Source of the DNA: Eledone cirrhosa
Taxonomy: Eukaryota
Direction: 5' to 3'
Assembly: GCA_964016885.1 (NCBI GenBank)
Contig: OZ024740.1
Location: forward strand, 221,898,001 to 221,962,000
DNA: 64,000 nt
Shown here: positions 29,251-44,000 of the stretch, one piece after another
How the letters are laid out: every line of letters starts with the position of its first letter
Position numbering within the stretch: the first letter of the stretch is position 1
Notes under the pieces: generated by a model
The model's database searches: none
What the model saw: only the letters and a program-made list of their open reading frames with translations
Told to the model about the DNA's origin: nothing
Translations under genes and position numbers: made by a program

Positions 29251-29304
29251 AAAAGTACCTGAGAGTGCAGGAGTTCTTCATTCAGTGAATATTTAGTGTG
29301 CCTA

Positions 29305-30191
<887 letters not shown>

Positions 30192-30242
30192 TAGGCACAC
30201 TAGATATTCACTGAATGAAGAACTCCTGCACTCTCAGGTACT

Positions 30243-30280
<38 letters not shown>

Positions 30281-30283
<3 letters not shown>

Positions 30284-30502
30284 AATGAAGTAATTCCATC
30301 GGAAAAGTCCAGGAAAAAAGAGTGCTCTATGTATGCAACAGAGCTTAATTATTATTATTATGTAATAAACAACATAAGGCAATTATTCCATTTACCAGTG
30401 GTTTAGGATTTTTCATTCTGAGGATTGAAAGCAAAACCTTTTGCTTTTAAGAAACCACTGGTAAATGGAATAATTGCCTTATGTTGTTTATTACATAATA
30501 AT

Positions 30503-30510
<8 letters not shown>
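30281..30510. mobile_element. Short TA-flanked family D with fold-back end
   Basis: Homologous to 21668-21845 and 23240-23335. Hairpin arms 30350-30403 / 30453-30509. Confidence 0.7.
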
Positions 30511-30579
<69 letters not shown>

Positions 30580-30765
30580 AAAATAGTCAGGACCCCGCCG
30601 GCGGAGCTCCGGCCGTTTCGACAGCTATATCCGATCTAGCTGTCGAAACGGCCGGAGCTCAGCCGTCGGGCTCCTGACTATTTTCCTATTACCCACTCTA
30701 CTTCCCTAAGTATCGAGTACTCAGGTGCGTTATGGTCCATCTGGTATCCTACCACGCCTTCTTTG

Positions 30766-30816
<51 letters not shown>

Positions 30817-30817
<1 letters not shown>

Positions 30818-31709
30818 GTTATTCAGGGTTGAAACGGAGGTAACCACAGTAAGTAAGGTACTCAATACATAGCAGAGTATAACAGTTTTAATATAGATGA
30901 GATTCTACAGGACTAGAACTGTTTCATTCATAAGAAATCATCAGGAATCTGGGTATCAAAAAATAAATATGGTATTTATAGGTCTCTACAAGTGGTAGGA
31001 GAGGGTGGGGAGTGGGATGGGTGCAGGTCATTGGTTGATAGAAAAGGGAATTCATTAAAAGCTAATTCTACAAAGCTATAGTTTATTTTTATTTTTATTT
31101 ATATTTATTTATGTTTTTAGAGTAACAAAGGCAGACAGAATTCTATAAACAGGTTCCGGATGGCATACCATTCCTTGTCAATAAGTTTCTCTTAAGCTAA
31201 CAGGTGTCTATAAAATCAGTGGGGGGTCAGTCATGGTCGATAGAATTAAAGAAAAGGGAGATTCTTTAAAAGCTAAAGTCATTAAGGTTCTACTAAGTGA
31301 CAAAGGTCTAGAGAATTCTGCAGACAGATTCAAAATACTGAGTGCATATCTTACTATTATCTTCGAACTTCTCTTAAACTAATCAACTATATGCCAAAAA
31401 TCAACAGACACATTCACAAAAAAACAAAAAAACAAAAAAACAAAAAAACACAAAAACACAAAAAAACAAAAAAACACATACACAAATAAATATAAATAAA
31501 AATAAAAATAAACTATAGCTTTGTAGAATTAGCTTTTAATGAATTCCCTTTTCTATCAACCAATGACCTGCACCCATCCCACTCCCCACCCTCTCCTACC
31601 ACTTGTAGAGACCTATAAATACCATATTTATTTTTTGATACCCAGATTCCTGATGATTTCTTATGAATGAAACAGTTCTAGTCCTGTAGAATCTCATCTA
31701 TATTAAAAC

Positions 31710-31712
<3 letters not shown>
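30817..31712 (-). mobile_element. TA-flanked non-coding element with ~225-bp inverted repeat carrying hammerheads
   Basis: 30884-31109 is reverse-complementary to 31484-31710. Confidence 0.78.
31644..31694 (+). ncRNA. Type I hammerhead ribozyme (mirror copy 30900-30950 on minus)
   Basis: agattc-CTGATGA-tttc.ttat.gaat-GAAA-cag.ttctagtc.ctg-TA-gaatct. Confidence 0.82.
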
Positions 31713-31741
<29 letters not shown>

Positions 31742-31928
31742 CATGGGGAGAACTGACCAGGTAATCGAAAACCACATTTTAGTCGGTCGGCTGAGACGCA
31801 GATATCAATGGTACAAGCCGAAGCATTATAGATTATTAAATAGATTGAAGGCCATATGCAGATTATATTTAGGTTTATATAAATACAACTGCATATGACC
31901 TTCTATCTATTTAATACACAATATATAT

Positions 31929-32503
31929 ATATGAATAAAAATAGACCGTGAAACAAGATGTCCGTCATCAGTAGCGTGCTGATTATCATTGGTATTTCTT
32001 GGCATTGAAGACTAGATACCTAAAACCAGTGCGAGCGATAACTAAAATAAGTTATCGGGACGGAGGAAAGGAAACAAACAACATGGTAGTAATGCAACGT
32101 TAAGAGAGGAAAAGAGAGACAAGTCAATGAATCTTGTGGGCTTAAGTGCGACAAATCAAATGACGAGAAGAAACAGACGCGTCTGAGCTACGAAAAAAGT
32201 GAGAGAGGAAGAATATTTCACGCAGGTCAGACGGGAGGAAGTGAGAGACTCGGAGTAGCAGAGAGTGAGTGGGTTTAAGTGTGAGGAAGGGGCCAGCTGA
32301 GAGTGAGTGACCAGCAGCGGGAGTGGGGGAAAGCAAGAGGTGAAAGAGGGACAGGGGGGGAGAAAGAGGATAGCAGTAAGGTGACAGAAAAAATACGAAC
32401 CACAGCAAAGGGAAAAATATATGTGAATGAAAAATGGCGTGCTGCGTTGTTGCGAATATGAACATATGAATAAAAATAGACCATGAAACAAGATGTCCGT
32501 CAT
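31929..32503 (-). mobile_element. Non-coding element, 535-nt monomer with 40-bp terminal direct repeat
   Basis: 31929-31968 matches 32464-32503. Shares a 104-nt motif with the element at 57355-58385. Confidence 0.7.
31961..32064 (-). ncRNA. Unassigned conserved structured RNA motif (copy A)
   Basis: Ungapped 104-nt alignment to 58241-58344 with compensatory changes in four helices. Confidence 0.6.
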
Positions 32504-32504
32504 G

Positions 32505-33945
32505 GAAACGGAGAAAAAGACGATTATTAGGAAGAAAAATATTTTTTTTTCCCTTTTATTTTTTTCTCTTTTTTCTGGGTTAGAAAATGTTTAAAACAAA
32601 ATATTTTACATTGTGAGAAGTGTTAAGGTATTAGTTAATTTATTTATTAATTAACAATGGCATTTATTTATTTATTTATATATTTAATAATTGTCTATTA
32701 CCGGTTTCAGCATTTTCTGCATTATCAAAGGAGGGAATTTGTATTGGTGTAAAATGTTGGTGATGTTGAACATGTTAAGGAAATAGTGAAGAAAGAATAA
32801 TATTATTTACAAACAAGGTTTTTGAAGTGAAAAGAAAAAAGAAAAAAAGGGGGTAATGTGGAATATGATAAGGGAATGGGAGAGAAAAAATAATATTATT
32901 TACAGGCATAGTTCTTGAAGATAAGCAGTTCAAAATGAGTTATTATGGCAAGATTGCTTAGTTGATCCATGATGGAGGCAAATTGTAGTCTGGGGTTTGA
33001 TATGATTTACCTTTTTAGAGAATTAATATGCAGGGGGAGGTAATTCAGAGTGGTCATGTAGGGGAGAGAGAAATGAGAGGGGGTAATTCATTTATATAAG
33101 AAAAAGGATTAGGTAGGGTGTGAGGGAGTTAACCCTTTAGAGAACATAGGAATTTGGTTTTGGTTCATTGTTCATTCCAGTTTTAGTTTAGTCCGAAGTT
33201 TAGTCCATTCAGTAGAGGTTGGAATTTGTTAATGAAATATGTTTCCTTATTGGTACGATGGATGAATGAAGCATTGTCAATGAATTTGTAAATGGGGAAT
33301 ATTTTAAAGTTTGGATGTTGGTTAGGTGTACAATTGGCGATATGGTCATTAAAAACAATCTTTCTGTATTCCTGTATTTTGATTTGTGATTTATACGTTG
33401 TCGGAGGCTGTTTTTTGTCTGACTTATGTAGTGCTCGTGACAACTTGAGCAGGTCAAAACATAGATTAGGTTTTCAGATGCACATGTAAAGTTGTGTTTA
33501 ACTGTGAAATGTTGTCCTTGTTTAAAATGGAATGTTGATCCTTCTATTAGATTTATGCATATGCCACAGTTGGCATTTTTTTTACTGTAGGGTTCATTGT
33601 GCGGGTTGATTGGATTTTGGCTTGTGTGAGGATGTTTTTTATGGATTTAGGTTGTCTTTTGCTCTTTATGATGTTGTGTGTTTGGAGGATTTTGTTCATT
33701 CTTGGGTCTCTTTTTAGTAAAGGAATGTTCTGGACGATGGTGTCGAATGCCTCATTGTTTAGAGGGTTGTGTGTGGAGATGTATGGTAGAGTTTTCTGTT
33801 GCGCTTCATTCCTAGGTTTGGGGTGGGTGTCTGAATTCCTGGATGTTGAGTTTTAGGGCACGTTGGAATCCATTGTTGATTAGCGATGGGGCGTAGTTTC
33901 TGCTGATAAGTGTGTTCTTTAATTCTTCTAGTCGTGTGTAGCATG
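32505..33945 (-). mobile_element. PLE (Neptune-like) 3' part: Cys-rich linker, GIY-YIG, 3'UTR
   Basis: Minus strand reads NCGICINL...FTCASENLIYVLTCSSCHEHYISQTKNSLRQRI...FQPLLN with frameshifts. Confidence 0.86.
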
Positions 33946-36063
33946 TATATTATAAGAACAGATTAAAATTTAAGCAAATAATTTCTGCTTTCACCCTTAA
34001 CATATATACTGCTGATTCTATTCCCATAACTATTAAAGTTAACTAATTCAAGTACACGAATATTCAAATAGTATAGAGTAGTATAACAGTTAGTATTCAT
34101 AATATGAAAAATATATTACTTGACTGTACATGTCGTTTTAAAAGCTAATATTATTTTAATTTATACAACATACCTACTAAACTACTATGTGACTCTATGA
34201 CATATCTACTGAAACACTTAGGATATATCTAAAGCAATACTATTTGAAGCCCAGGAATTATTCATAGTTGAGGTTTGAATTAAATGCATTTTTGTTGATT
34301 TTCCTTTGGTGCCACCATTCTTTGGAGAGATAGCACTTTTGAAAAATCGATTTCCTATTAATATATTTTCTATCCATTTAAAACACGTAACTTGATTGGA
34401 TGGAATAAAATGCTGACAAACCACCCTACTCTATTCTTACCTTCTCTCTTATACTGCCAATTATTGTTAATATCACAATCTAAATTCGTAACCGGTTCAC
34501 ATAATATTATTCTGATCAAATTAATAGTTGTAAGAAATTATGCATATTTTTTCACCTTTTCCATCATATTTCCGCTCCATCATATTTGTAGTTTATATAT
34601 TTTATAAAATCCTTAAAATCATATTTGTAATTCCCTCTAATGTTTTCTGGTGATTAAATAGCTGCCATTTTATATTTTTGTCCCAAACGTCTAAATTTTA
34701 TTGCCATGTTTGTAATGCATAAGTTATTGCAGATAGTTCTCCATCGTGTGTTCACTTTATTACGATCACAATAAGAATAATTTAATGCAACACTGCAATG
34801 CTAATCATTCATTCCTTTCTATACGAAAACCTCTGAAAAATGACTTGTTTCAGTTTAACGATGCAGTTATACACTACATATTTTCTTTTAATCAACATTA
34901 CTTTCTGTTGCGTTTAAAACGTGGCATTATCTTTCGGAATTTTTCTATTTCATACAATTTGAACATTTGTATTAAGGCATGATTGTATAAAAATGCATGT
35001 TTTAGCCAATTGGTGTTCATTATCTTATTTTAAAATTTCGTTTCATAATTTCTTTAGATTTCAGGCTGTTCCATCTTTGTTGTATCTTATCATTTTCTTG
35101 TCAAATTAAGGAGCAAATTTGTATGGTCGAAAGTTGTAGGTTGCTTTACTTGGGGATTCTACACATGACTCTCGAGGTTGGTTATATTCTTTTTTACCAT
35201 CTTAGTCCGTCCTTATAAATATAAACATTTCAAAATCCATATCCTCACATGCACACATACACAGGCACATATACATTGGTGCCCGATATAGCTTCAGTCA
35301 ATTAGAATGAATAAAGGACACTCTTTTTACACTTTTACCTGTTCCAGCCATCCGGCCGAGGCCATGCTGGGGCACCGCCCTTGTAAATTTATACATACAG
35401 AGAGAAAGGTTTGGGTACAAACAAATAATGAATAAAAGAATATATATATGTAGCTCACCTATGATCGTTTCTCATCTCTCCGACCTATTAATTATTAGAC
35501 GGTTATTTAACCATTTATGGGTATTTCAAGTATATCAGTAGACATCTTTCAGATGGTGTGTTAGACGTCTATTAATAAAACAAACGACAATCCCATATTT
35601 AACTAGTAATTTCGTATCATTCACATCGGGAATAAAATATCTCTAAAATTTTAGGCATCGCTTTCGTTCAAAATATCTTATTTCATGACATCTACTGATC
35701 AGTTAGAAATCAAGTATATTGTAAATATTTAATTAATCACACTATTAATAACATTATATCTAAAATTTAGATTAAGGGACGCAAACATTCGTACATATTA
35801 GCAAACATTCAATAAATACTCGAAACGTTTAGTAAATCTTAGTACTAATTTGATTAATATATTTATATTTATTCGTAGTTTAGACAAACAAAAAGATCGA
35901 CTAATTTCATTTTAAGTATATTATTCGTTAATATATATGAAAATAAATATATAATTTGATTTATTTGTATGTATGCGTGTATTTATATATGTCTCTCTCT
36001 CTCTCTATATATATATGGGTGTGTAGTATATATATATATACATACATATATATATATATACAC

Positions 36064-36139
<76 letters not shown>

Positions 36140-36726
36140 GTATATATATATATATATACATACATATATTTTATTAACCATTGTCCGATTGTTCTCCCTA
36201 CTATAGAAATGTTTACTTTTTATGGTTGAAAACATTACGTTTGAAGTTATAGGAATGTAACACTATTATTTCGTTGCGATTTGTTCTTCCTCACAATTTT
36301 TCTTCCATTTGATATTAGATGTTAGTACGGTGCCTGACGAAGATCAATGTGTTACGCTGTTTTCATATTTGTTTTGTTGTCGATGTTTTCCACTAATGGC
36401 CTTCCGACGTTTGTTTAGTTAGTTTATCCTATGTCTTTTTATAAATATATTCCAACATGACTTCTCTTCTGTGATTAATCAACCTTCTGGAGTTCATTAA
36501 TGGGGAAAAAAGGATACTAACATGATGTGTTGTCTGTCGAGACTTTTGACATAAGTTACTGTAAGGATTCTAGTGCCCTTTAGGCATTATTTACCAAACT
36601 TGTGGATTCTGTCTTCTATCACGAAAAACTGATTTCATCCACTATTGTTTTATCACAAAAATTTTTTTATATCAACATATAAATGTATCATGTAACCTTG
36701 TATTCATAGTATTATGACTCCAACGA

Positions 36727-36824
36727 AAGGTTAACTTTGCCTTTCATCCTTACGGGCTCGATAAAATAAAGTACCAGTAATTCACTGGGTATTTGCTGGC
36801 CTTGTGTCAAAAGTAGAAACAATT
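36727..36824 (+). mobile_element. SINE family A, 5'-truncated with 19-bp target duplication
   Basis: attatgactccaacgaaag on both sides. Confidence 0.85.
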
Positions 36825-38195
36825 ATGACTCCAACGAAAGAAAATTTTGTAGATGCACATATATAATTCTGTACTTAGATATATGTTGCTCAAATTACAC
36901 ACTAAAATCGTTAAGGAGTCACACATGAGATAATGTAGTCCTGTATTAACTATATATGAAAAATAAAAAAGGACAGAGCTACACAACTTCTAATGATATA
37001 GTTACCAGGCAGTAACAATGCGGTGCTTCATAATGGCCACTGACTAATAACTGAATGATGAAGTAAAACGAACTAAGAATATGGGTGAAATAACAACAAA
37101 AAACAACAGGAAAAACAATATATTCATGATATTATTCGAGAATATAATAGAAACTGAATAATTTCATTGGAAGCTCATTGTAGGTAGCCGAAACCCCTGT
37201 AGTCAAACAACAGAGTGTAAGCTTACAGCGAGACAATATATATGTGCATATAAACATATTTACGACTCTGCATAAATATTTATTCATAAGTCAATTTGTA
37301 TTAATAAATATTATGCCGTAAACCTGGTAAAAATAGATAAATGTACCTTCGTCAGTTTCGACGATGAGTGTTCCAAATTATTCTGTCAACGGAACGGCTT
37401 ACTTATCAATTCAACGTATAAGTGGGTAGGTATTCCACATTTATGTGCACATTTACCCTATTATTCGGGGAAACAATGTGTGACAAGGCTAGCCCTTTGT
37501 ATTACATATACAACCCTTCCTACCGGCTTCGAAATAATTTTTTTCTGTCCGATTTTACACTTGTATATTCCATGTGGTGGTAAGAAACTCTCAAGAGAGC
37601 TGAACAGCAGAAGTTCTTCAGAGAAGAAAGTGTTTCGGCTCTTATTGGCTTAGGTTTCAGCCATTAGACTGTGTCCATACTGCAGGACAGTCTTAAAATT
37701 ATTTAGACCAACTAATCGAAACAATAGGTTTTTCCTTTTCCAAGTCTTGTACGTAATTTAGCGATCACTTTGTCGGACCACTATACTACCGGACATAATT
37801 GAATGATAAACGAAAGCGCAGACATGTCTACATACACACATACACATACACACATACACATACATATGCACATATATGTATGTAAGTGTGTATATATATA
37901 TACGGATGCTTTTTATGTATGTATTATGTATCATATACATATATATGTATATATAGGTGTATGTATGCGTGCATGAATGTGAGTGTGCGTGCATGTGAGT
38001 ATGTTTATCCAATGACATGGTTATGTTTTTTGCTTTTTTAAGATTCGTATCCTAATGGTTTGACGAAATGAGATCTTTAAAATATGCATTAAACTTCAAC
38101 AAATATGTACAGTGATCGATATAATCGGCTAAATCCAATAATGCAGGGTTCCAGAATGTCCGCAGCCCAATTGCTGAAACGAATATAAGAATATG

Positions 38196-39102
<907 letters not shown>

Positions 39103-39178
39103 TAACGAACCGGTAAGACCCCGACGGCTGAGCTCAAGCCGTTTTGACGGCTAATTCCTATATATATATATATATATT

Positions 39179-39646
39179 TGAAAGACGTAAAATAAGAAAA
39201 TTATAAAAATTAACTTACTTACTAAAATTTCACTCCAACTAATTAGTTTCTGAAAGGGAAGAAACATGGTCTCCGAATGGAACAACATGGTGAAAATCCT
39301 TTCGTCATCAGGGAAGTCTTTTCTCCGCTAAGTTCCCAGGCAATGCGTGCACATGTGATTGATTCTTTTGAATTTGCCACCGACCAAGTAGGCAGTGATT
39401 TTTTCAATGTCTTGGAACTTAGTCCACGCTTTGCTTTTTTCCATCCACTGAATTATTTTTGTATAAGTTCCCTGTGTCCACTCATTGCCTGGGAACTTAG
39501 CTGAGAATAGACTTCCCTGATGACGAAAGGATTTTCCCCATGTTGTTAGATTCGGAAACCATGTTTATTCCCTTTCAGAAACTAATTAGTTGGAGTGAAA
39601 TTTTAGTAAGTTAACTTTTATAATTTTCTTATTTTACGTCTTTCAT
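39179..39646. repeat. ~175-bp inverted repeat with hammerhead in each arm
   Basis: 39179-39353 is reverse-complementary to 39475-39646. Confidence 0.85.
39511..39596 (+). ncRNA. Type I hammerhead with extended stem II
   Basis: acttcc-CTGATGA-cgaaagg...cctttca-GAAA-ctaattag-TT-ggagt. Palindromic stem III. Confidence 0.7.
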
Positions 39647-39776
39647 ATTATTGTTCTGCATCCCCTTGCATTGAACCACAAAGTTACTAAGACAAAACCT
39701 ATATATTTGCTAGCATAGCTATGCATCTGTATATATATGTTGGTAGATATACTAATTCTTTATATATATATATATA

Positions 39777-39825
<49 letters not shown>

Positions 39826-39931
39826 ACATATGTTCGTGTCTTAAAATTCTTAGCAAAATTTTCATTTATCCTTTTCTAAGATCTTTCCAGCTCGTGCGAA
39901 GTCATGATTGTTGGCAGCACATGTTTGCACA

Positions 39932-40015
<84 letters not shown>

Positions 40016-40504
40016 CGCATGTATGTGTGTACCTATGCATGTATGTTTGTATATAATTAATATGTATGCACGTACGTATGTATGTATTTATGTATGTATG
40101 CATGTTTGTTTCTTTCTTCAAACATGCGCTCACGTAGAGACATATACATACATATATAATATATAAAACTGTTTTCTCAGCGAACGGGTTGTTCTAACGG
40201 AATATATTGAACCACAGCAGTCTTAATAATTCTAAAGTTTAGCTGGAGTTACATGTTGCTGATATAACAAAATCTACTATTGAGCATTGGCATATACGCA
40301 AGTATATGCGCATTGTATGACGTCTGCTGGAAAGCAGCAGCTTTTGTATTAGCATCGACTAATATGTTTCTTTTACTTTATTGGATTCTATAATTAGGAC
40401 ATAGCGGTTATCAAATTGCTTTTAGTAATTTTTCCTGTACGTTCTACTTTCAAACTAATCGGATTACGTTTGTTGTCTGTAATTATTATTATCATTATTA
40501 TTTT

Positions 40505-41036
40505 TGGAGTCTCAGTCATTGATGTTATTTAACAGGAAAGTTTGTCCAAATGAAGATCAAGCCGTTACCTGCAGCCTCAGATATTCAGAACGTATCGGAG
40601 GGTTCTTGCAGATCCCAGCAAGCATGCTTTTGAAGTGTTCCAAAAAAGGAGGCTGGACTAATGTTGTTTAACCATTCTTGAAAGCTCTTCGAGATAGTAC
40701 CTAGTGCACCTATGACAATCGAGACAACCTTGATCTCATGATAATCCCAAATCATTTTTAATTCCCAATTTAAATCCTGGTATCGGTTAATTTCTCATCT
40801 TTTCATGCACTCTTGTGTTAAAAAGGCAGGCTACATCTACAATCAGGCACGATAATTTTTCCTTGTCAAAAACCACCAGGTCAACCCTGTTGTGTTATAA
40901 TTTCTTGCCTGACAGTATTCTGAAATCCTATAGCACATTCAATTGATCGTTTTCTATCACCGACTCCGGTTTATGTTCATACCACTTGTCAGAATGTGGT
41001 AAGTTATTTAGTTTGCATAAATGCCAATGAGTCTTC
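40505..41036 (-). mobile_element. R4/Dong-type non-LTR retrotransposon 3' fragment (restriction-like endonuclease)
   Basis: Minus strand reads HWHLCK...KWYEHKPESVIEN...HNRVDLVVFDK...RYQDLNWELKMIW...IVIGALGTISK. Bounded by TAA-type repeats. Confidence 0.8.
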
Positions 41037-41072
41037 CTCATCATCATCATCATCATTATTATTATTATTATT

Positions 41073-44000
41073 GATCTGTTCGGACGTCCTTTTTGCTCGC
41101 TCCCAGTAAGTCGCTTTATTTGCCTGTTAAAATTATTTGTTGTTAAATATTTCTTGTTGTGTAATGGATATAAGCCCTTAGACTTTGCCCTGTGAAGGGG
41201 AAAGTATAATATTTGGGTCTCTTGGCCCGAATATTTGAATATTTTACTTTAAAAAAAAAAAGTTATTAAAAAGAAAAAACATGGCTGAGCCACGCCCCCC
41301 CCCCCCCAGCAATATGTCTGCTGTCGTGTGACAACGGCGTAAAATTTGACAGGAGGGTTAGTGAAATTCATATGACACCACCACAAACAACGTGATTAAC
41401 ACTGAGAACAATAAGTTTGAAAAAATTACCACACCAACTACAACAATAACAGCGACAACCAAAATACAGACAACAGAAAAAAATGACAACAAATGCAACA
41501 ACGCTTTTAACACCACTAACAAGAAAATAAACAACGACAACACCAACAGAAACAATACAAATTGCACCGAAAACATCAACAACGGTGGCACCAAAAACAC
41601 AACCAACTACAATAGTGATAAAAGCAACAACACCAACAACACCGTTTGTAGCTGTAGCAACAGCAACAGCACCAAAAACAAGACGAGTAGCAGCAGTAGC
41701 GGCAGCAATAATGGTGACGCTGAAAAAGGGGCCACTTCTTTCGCAGGTGTGGCCCGAAATATAGAGAGAGTGCTAGTCATGGAGGAGGAGATGCCTGTCG
41801 CAAGAGCCATGGTATCGAGAAACAACAATAGAGTTTCCCTGAAACCTCCACCGGATTTCTTCAAAGACAAGCATCTGCGCGCGGTGACTTACCGCACCGT
41901 AAGCAAAATGTCACATCGGGTGGAGAGAGCCACAGAGGCTCAAATCCAAAAGACCATGGGGTGCGTCTGGGCGCGCAAAACCCACATCACTCCATGCAAA
42001 AAGTACGCCACAGAAGACGTACTTTTCGCCATCCACCAAGAGGCGAAGTCTCACACTTTGGAAACCCTAAAGAGTGAGGAGATAGTCTTAGTACCCTCCT
42101 ACTGCGGGCAGAAAATTGTGAGGGTCAAAGTGACCTTGGCTGGCGGCGTCTGTACTGGTGGAATCGAGGAGAAGACCACCATACTGCAAATACAGAGAAT
42201 GGGAAGAGAGAATTGGTCAGGAATAGGCATGCAAATGCTAATACAGACTGACCAGGAGTGCATCGAGGCCATCCCAGACATCATAGACCTCGAAGAAGGG
42301 CTCCAACTCCCTATAAGCATCTCTGTGGGGAGAAGGGTCACCTCAGGGCCTTCTGCCTGCAGAAGGCAGCCAAGAAGAGCCCCCCCCCCCTCCTTCCGAC
42401 GCCTGATCCGCTGCTACCAAGAGCAGAGCAGGCAACAGAGGCAGAAGACCCTTCCATGGTGAGTAGGAGGGCAACGTTCGTGGCACCCATACCAAGGCCA
42501 CGGACAACTAAAGCAGCGGCAATCAGTGGCGGCAACACCAACAGTCGCAGTAGCTACACCGGCGGTAAAATCGCCGGAGTGGGCTCCACTACCACCACCA
42601 ACAGTAGTGGAGCTCATGCCCATCCCGGACTCCGCGTGGTCCGACATGGAGTGTGAGGTAGGAGGGAAGTGGCAAACGGTCTGCCACAAAAAATAAAAAA
42701 TAAAAAAACCCTTAGCTTCACCCTCCAAAAGCGAAGGCAGATAAATAGGGTTAAAGGCTGCAAGGAGACTTGCAGCAACACCACCACCACCATCACCACC
42801 ACAAGCATCACCACCAACAACAACCACACCACCAGCATCACCAAAAATACCAACATCGCAAACACAACAAAACACACACACTCAAAAGCAACAACAAGAA
42901 AACAGCAACGAAATCGCCCTCCCCTAAAAATGTACACATCCATAAACATGGCAAATAAAGAACTCTTACAACATATAAAGCAGCACACAGACATCACAGA
43001 AAAAAAACTACTACACCCCACCAACACCAAGAACTCTCACGACAAATATAAGCATCATTGAAGTCAAAATAGAACATTACAAACTTTTAAAACAAAAATT
43101 CTCCAACGCAGTTGGAGACTTCAGAGTGTTGGTGACCAAGAGGATATACACCGACATCCTCTTTGAAACACCTATGATCAACCAAAGGGACGATTTTACT
43201 GTCCCTTCACCACACGATCAATGTAAGTGATCCTTTCTCACTTACTCCGTTTCTCATCCAACATGGCCGTACTTAGAATAGGCAGTATAAATGTACGTGG
43301 CCTGGGGTGATCTCTGAAGCTGGTCACCTGCTCAACGACCTCAGGTCACTAAACATAGATGTGGCGGCCATCAGCGAGAACAGAATCTCCGAAGCACGAT
43401 CCTTCGCACCGATATTCGGCGGCTACGATGTATAAGTATCTCCCAGCCGTCTAGGATCGAGGGGAGGGAGGGTTGTCGTGTTTTTTCGGAGAGACTTGGA
43501 TTTCGCCATACGGGCCATCTTCCTGGACCCAGAAGGTAAGTCGGTGGTGCTGGACGTGACAGGCAGCGAAGGCAATGCTTTCAGGCTAGTAGCCGTCTAC
43601 ACCCCAGCAGGGGCAGGACGGCCAGAATTATTCAGACGTCTAGAGACCTTTCTTGGAACGTCCCGCTCGTTAGAGTTAGTGGGCGAGTGGAACGGTATCT
43701 TAGATGCACGTTGGGATTATGTGGGGCTAGTAGACAGGGCAGGAGGGTGTAAAACCCTAGAACAACCATCTGAGACGTTTTGAACTGTCTGACAGGTATA
43801 GGCTGGATTATCCGAATGTGCCAATATGGACATGAGGAAACCGCATCGAGTCATCCAGATCGTATTTATATAGGATATGTTATAGGGAAACAGATAAGGC
43901 TAGTGTAGGTTGTCCACAATTTAAAGTAGTCGACTACACAATTTAAAGTAGTCGACTACAAATTTGTGATCTGTGAAGTTGACTTAGATAGACTTCATAA

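Noticed and set aside
30410-30456. CTGAGGA-tt-GAAA as a hammerhead without stem II in family D
   Set aside because: No stem II and no stem I pairing next to the core, and the copy near 23315 lacks GAAA. Not supportable.
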